Origin: an uncultured Candidatus Saccharibacteria bacterium
Lineage (GTDB): Bacteria; Patescibacteriota; Saccharimonadia; CAZBQI01
Assembly: GCA_964494105.1 (NCBI GenBank)
Contig: CAZBQI010000005.1
Location: 10,646 to 74,645 of the forward strand
Direction of reading: 5' to 3'
DNA: 64,000 bases
A program made the position numbers and the translations under genes. This document shows positions 60,134 through 64,000 of this stretch, piece after piece. The first letter of the stretch is position 1; every line of letters starts with the position of its first letter. The notes beneath the pieces are model-generated. The model did no database searches. It saw only the letters and a program-made list of their open reading frames with translations, and was not told the DNA's origin.

Positions 60134-60404
60134 ATAAAAGAGACCTCAAGTGGGTGGGGTAGTCTTGAGGCCTCATTACACCCTTCAACGCCCACTTGAC
60201 ACGCTACCGGTGAGACATTAAATGCACTCGATTGGCAGCTTCACCCACAAGGGGCGAATAGTCCCCACCAAAGGGAACGAAGAAGGGTTGAAGGGGTTAA
60301 ATCACCCCCTGGGGAGGAGGACACCAACACACAAGGGGTAATTTAACAATATTTCTACTTATGTTTAAATGGTACCTAAGAGAGCCTCACACGCAACTCT
60401 TATG
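60134..60404 (-). ncRNA. Putative structured non-coding RNA of unrecognised family
   Basis: Promoter (TTGACA 60438-60433), at least six helices, several with G-U pairs that favour the minus strand, and an intrinsic terminator at 60174-60132. Confidence 0.72.
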
Positions 60405-60459
60405 TCTATATATAAACACTTATGTATATAAATGTCAATACTTTATATAATACTTATTT

Positions 60460-61314
60460 ATGAAAATCAATAGCATAGAATCCAAATCAAACGAATACCC
60501 AGTTTTGCTAGATGAAATAGCGCATCCGCCAAAGACAATACATACCCTAGGTAGCTTGCCACTTGAAAAACCTTATGTAGCAATTGTGGGCAGTCGCCGG
60601 GTATCGCCCTATGGTAGGGAAGTCACCAAAACTCTAGCTTATGATTTAGCAGCCTGCGGAGTTGTGATCGTGAGCGGTTTGGCATTGGGTGTAGATGCTA
60701 TAGCGCACCAATCGGCTATAGATGCCGGCGGAAACACAATTGGGGTCTTAGCCTGCGGGCTTAACCAAATTTATCCTATTACAAATCGTTATTTAGCCAT
60801 GAAGATTCTTGAAACAGGAGGTGGGTTGATAAGTGAATACGAAGAGGGCACCCCACCCTTAAAACACCATTTCCCGGCTCGCAACCGAATAATTACCGGA
60901 CTCAGTATGGCTGTAATTGTTACCGAAGCTGCCGCCCACAGTGGAGCATTAATAAGCGCGAACTTTGCACTCGAGCAGAACCGACTTGTAATGGCGGTAC
61001 CTGGCAATATTACCTCCAGGTTAAGCGAGGGTAGCAATAACCTTATAAAAAGCGGGGCAATCGCCGTTACTAGCGCTAGTGATGTTTTGGCCGCACTTGA
61101 TATGGAAGTACCGGAACTCAAGGCTAAAATTGCGAAGCCGGCCAGCGCTGAAGAAGCGGTAATATTAAACCTGCTAGCAAACGAAATTACGGATAGCGAG
61201 GAGCTTCTTGCCAAAAGCGGATGGGAGATCGCTAAGTTCAACCAGGTGCTTACCTTGATGGAAATCAGTGGCAAAGTCAGAAACTTAGGCGGAGGCAAGT
61301 GGCTTAGTAAATAG
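60460..61314 (+). CDS. dprA: DNA-processing protein DprA
   Basis: AIVGSR, VSGLALGVD, FPARNRII.GLS, EA...SGALI, VPG. Confidence 0.96.
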   Translation: MKINSIESKSNEYPVLLDEIAHPPKTIHTLGSLPLEKPYVAIVGSRRVSPYGREVTKTLAYDLAACGVVIVSGLALGVDAIAHQSAIDAGGNTIGVLACGLNQIYPITNRYLAMKILETGGGLISEYEEGTPPLKHHFPARNRIITGLSMAVIVTEAAAHSGALISANFALEQNRLVMAVPGNITSRLSEGSNNLIKSGAIAVTSASDVLAALDMEVPELKAKIAKPASAEEAVILNLLANEITDSEELLAKSGWEIAKFNQVLTLMEISGKVRNLGGGKWLSK

Positions 61315-61366
61315 AACCACAAGCATAATGTTTGCATTCGCATCATTAATGCGCTAAACATGATGC

Positions 61367-63658
61367 ATGGCGAAAAATCTTGTTATCGTAGAAAGTCCGG
61401 CCAAAGCTAAAACCATTGAAAAAATTCTGGGTCAAGACTTTTCTGTAAAATCTAGTTATGGTCACATCCGCGATTTACCGAAAAAAGGCATGTCAATTGA
61501 TATCGAACAGAACTTTGAGCCATCCTATGAGGTGGCCCCGGATAAATTGAAAACAGTAAGCGAACTCAAGCGAGCTGCTAAAGGCGCCACGGTGTGGTTA
61601 GCTACCGATGAAGACCGCGAGGGGGAAGCCATTGCCTGGCACCTTTGTCAGGCTCTTGGGATCGACTCGAAAACAACCAAGCGGATAGTTTTTCATGAAA
61701 TTACAAAGCCAGCCATTGAAGCTGCCGTCAAAAAACCACGATTTGTTGATCAAAAACTTGTCGATGCACAACAAGCCCGCCGAGTACTGGATCGACTGGT
61801 TGGTTACGAACTTTCACCGGTCCTGTGGAAAAAAGTCCAGCGCGGACTGTCTGCCGGACGCGTGCAATCAGTCGCCGTACGCCTGATAGTCGAACGTGAG
61901 CGTGAAATTGAAAAATTCGAAGCAAAGTCATCTTATAAATTGATTGGCACATTTGCAACCAAAGAAGGCATGTTAAGTGCTGAGCTCGAGGAAAAATTAA
62001 CTACTTATGAAGTGGCTAAAAGTTTCCTTAAGGATGCTATAGACGCTGAATTTAGCGTGGCCTCAGTCGAGAGCAAACCGGGAAAGAAAACCGCACCGCC
62101 ACCATTTACAACCAGCACACTGCAACAAACTGCTAGCTCAAGACTCGGCTTTTCAGTTAAGCAAACAATGGTAGTAGCCCAAAAGCTTTACGAAGAGGGC
62201 AAAATCACCTATATGCGCACCGATTCGCTCAATTTAGCTGAAAGCGCAATCGCTCAAGCCGCTCAGGTAATAAGGGTAACCTATGGCGATAATTTCGTTG
62301 ACTCAACCCGCTATAAAACAAAGTCTGCTGGCGCTCAAGAAGCCCATGAGGCCATACGACCCACCAATTTTGCGCTCAAAGAGGCGGGTAATGACTCAGG
62401 GCAACAGAGGCTCTACCAACTTATTTACGCGCGTGCCTTAGCCAGCCAAATGACTCCTGCGACTACCAAACGAACAAGTGCTAAAATCGCTAGCAATCGT
62501 CATAAACAGCTATTTAAAGCCAGTGGTGAGGTAATTGAGTTCGAAGGCTGGCTAAAGCTATATCCAAACCCCGAGAAAGCCACCGATAATATTTTGCCAC
62601 CTCTCGAACAAGGTCAGAATCTTAAACTCAATAAACTCAGTGCAACCCAAGTATTCAGCAAACCTAAGCCCCGATATTCCGAGGCTAGCCTAGTAAAAAA
62701 ACTCGAGGAACTTGGTATTGGGCGACCTAGCACCTATGCGCCAACAATCTCAACCATTCAAGACAGGGGCTACGTAGAGCGAGGTACTAACGAGGGCATA
62801 GAGCGTGAAGTAAAAGTGGCGACATTGGCCGAAGGCAAAATAACCGAAAATGTAGAGGTTGAAAAGACTGGAGCCAACACAAGTCGACTTGTTTCCACTG
62901 ATGTAGGCTCAGTTGTAACTGACTTCTTGGTTAAGCACTTTAGTAAGATAGTTGATTACGACTTTACCGCCAAAGTTGAAGATGAATTTGATAACATTGC
63001 TGATGGCAAAACTATCTGGAATACGGTGATAGCGGAATTCTACAAAGATTTTCATAAAATCGTAGAACAAACTGAAAACATATCTCGACACGAAGCTATC
63101 CAAGCAAAAGTACTTGGCAAGGATCCGAAATCCGGAAAGCCGGTTATCGCCCGACTTGGCCGATATGGGCCGATGCTACAAATAGGCGAAGCCGAAGACG
63201 AAGACAAACCACGATTTGCCAGTATGCCAGTAGGTAAGAAAATGGACGAAATCACCCTAGAGGAAGCTCTGGTGATGTTTGAATTACCAAGAGCAGTTGG
63301 TAAAACTCAAGAAGGCGAAGAAATTACAGCTAACATCGGTCGCTTTGGTCCTTATGTCAAATTTGGTAGCACATTTGTCTCAATTAAAGGCGAAGACCCC
63401 CATGCGATATCGGAATCAAAAGCCCGGGAATATATTGCCGAAAAGAAGAAACAAGAAGCAGAAAAGAACATACAGGTTTTTGAAAAAGAGGGGATAAAGG
63501 TATTGAATGGCAGATACGGACCATACATAACCAACGGCACAATTAATGCCCGAATACCCAAAGACAAAGCACCCGAAAAACTAAGCCTTGCAGATTGCCA
63601 AGAACTCCTGGCAAAGGCTAAAACCCGCCCTAAACGACGACGATTAAGCAGAAAATAA
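61367..63658 (+). CDS. topA: DNA topoisomerase I with C-terminal Topo_C repeats
   Basis: VESPAKAK, ATDEDREGE, SAGRVQS, ITYMRTDS, GIGRPSTYA, three GR(Y/F)GP repeats. Confidence 0.98.
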   Translation: MAKNLVIVESPAKAKTIEKILGQDFSVKSSYGHIRDLPKKGMSIDIEQNFEPSYEVAPDKLKTVSELKRAAKGATVWLATDEDREGEAIAWHLCQALGIDSKTTKRIVFHEITKPAIEAAVKKPRFVDQKLVDAQQARRVLDRLVGYELSPVLWKKVQRGLSAGRVQSVAVRLIVEREREIEKFEAKSSYKLIGTFATKEGMLSAELEEKLTTYEVAKSFLKDAIDAEFSVASVESKPGKKTAPPPFTTSTLQQTASSRLGFSVKQTMVVAQKLYEEGKITYMRTDSLNLAESAIAQAAQVIRVTYGDNFVDSTRYKTKSAGAQEAHEAIRPTNFALKEAGNDSGQQRLYQLIYARALASQMTPATTKRTSAKIASNRHKQLFKASGEVIEFEGWLKLYPNPEKATDNILPPLEQGQNLKLNKLSATQVFSKPKPRYSEASLVKKLEELGIGRPSTYAPTISTIQDRGYVERGTNEGIEREVKVATLAEGKITENVEVEKTGANTSRLVSTDVGSVVTDFLVKHFSKIVDYDFTAKVEDEFDNIADGKTIWNTVIAEFYKDFHKIVEQTENISRHEAIQAKVLGKDPKSGKPVIARLGRYGPMLQIGEAEDEDKPRFASMPVGKKMDEITLEEALVMFELPRAVGKTQEGEEITANIGRFGPYVKFGSTFVSIKGEDPHAISESKAREYIAEKKKQEAEKNIQVFEKEGIKVLNGRYGPYITNGTINARIPKDKAPEKLSLADCQELLAKAKTRPKRRRLSRK

Positions 63659-63711
63659 CGCTTATGTCATACTGTAATCTGTAAATGTTGTAAATATTGT
63701 AGTAAAATAGT

Positions 63712-63740
63712 TTGACACAGCATATTTGATGTTATATAAT
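63712..63740 (+). promoter_or_regulatory. Perfect-consensus sigma-70 promoter
   Basis: TTGACA-17 nt-TATAAT. Confidence 0.85.
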
Positions 63741-63778
63741 CTTTATTAACATAACAACTAATTTAGGTAATCATATTG

Positions 63779-64000
63779 ATGGAAACCACCACAACAACCC
63801 AGTTAGATGTCCAAAAAGTAGTAACGGATGTGTTAAATACCATTGAAAAAGAGCGCGAGCGTGAAATAATTTCACGACGCTTTGGTTTAAGTGAGCGAAA
63901 AGAAACACTCGAGGAAATCGGGAACTTACTTGGGATAACCCGTGAGCGAGTACGTCAAATAGAAAAGCAAGTTGTAACCCGACTAAGTCAAATACAGTAC
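63779..64000 (+). CDS. Protein with N-terminal sigma-70 region-4-like HTH (3'-truncated)
   Basis: Hand translation METTTTTQLDVQ..EREREIISRRFGL..ETLEEIG..LGITRERVRQIE; open to the window end. Confidence 0.85.
   Translation, partial: METTTTTQLDVQKVVTDVLNTIEKEREREIISRRFGLSERKETLEEIGNLLGITRERVRQIEKQVVTRLSQIQY

Noticed and set aside
60361-60450. 29-aa plus-strand ORF MFKWYLREPH...
   Set aside because: No properly spaced RBS, overlaps promoter elements, and G-U pairing indicates a minus-strand RNA instead
60789-61361. 190-aa minus-strand ORF
   Set aside because: Antisense shadow of dprA; the same applies to the many short antisense ORFs inside confident genes
63100-63560. Repeated GR(Y/F)GP units in TopA
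   Set aside because: Known topoisomerase I C-terminal repeats, not a novel repeat
1-64000. Alternative genetic code (TGA=Gly or TAG recoding)
   Set aside because: Conserved genes end at the expected places with TGA (gtrA, RRM gene, mreB) and TAG (dnaB, recR, cysS)
1-64000. CRISPR array, IS element, integron or prophage
   Set aside because: No regularly spaced repeats, transposase, integrase or phage genes were recognised by eye

Overview
Bacterial chromosomal segment in the standard genetic code. Gene content and style suggest a Candidate Phyla Radiation (Patescibacteria, probably Saccharimonadia-like) genome; this is an inference. About 62 CDS run from a 5'-truncated dnaB to a 3'-truncated sigma-70 region-4-like gene. 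Housekeeping genes: recR, ybaB, cysS, gltX, metK, cca, xth, der, pth, dprA, topA, mreB. Other content: a GtrA/GT2/GT-C glycosylation locus, a pgl-gnd-zwf operon, cell-envelope genes, two PAS kinase/receiver pairs, an aspartokinase divergent from an ACT regulator, three tRNAs (Gln-TTG, Leu-CAA, Glu-CTC) and a SAM-I riboswitch. No CRISPR array, transposase or integrase was seen. The most interesting signals are non-coding or too small for the ORF track: (1) a leaderless 23-codon, 6-Cys ORF with antiterminator/terminator architecture upstream of an orphan gene and cysS (candidate cysteine-sensing attenuator); (2) a ~270-nt highly structured, independently transcribed minus-strand ncRNA between pth and dprA; (3) a hairpin-filled trailer with tRNA-derived repeats after tRNA-Leu; (4) a LexA-like direct-repeat operator in the promoter of a 76-aa orphan; (5) pervasive leaderless gene architecture.
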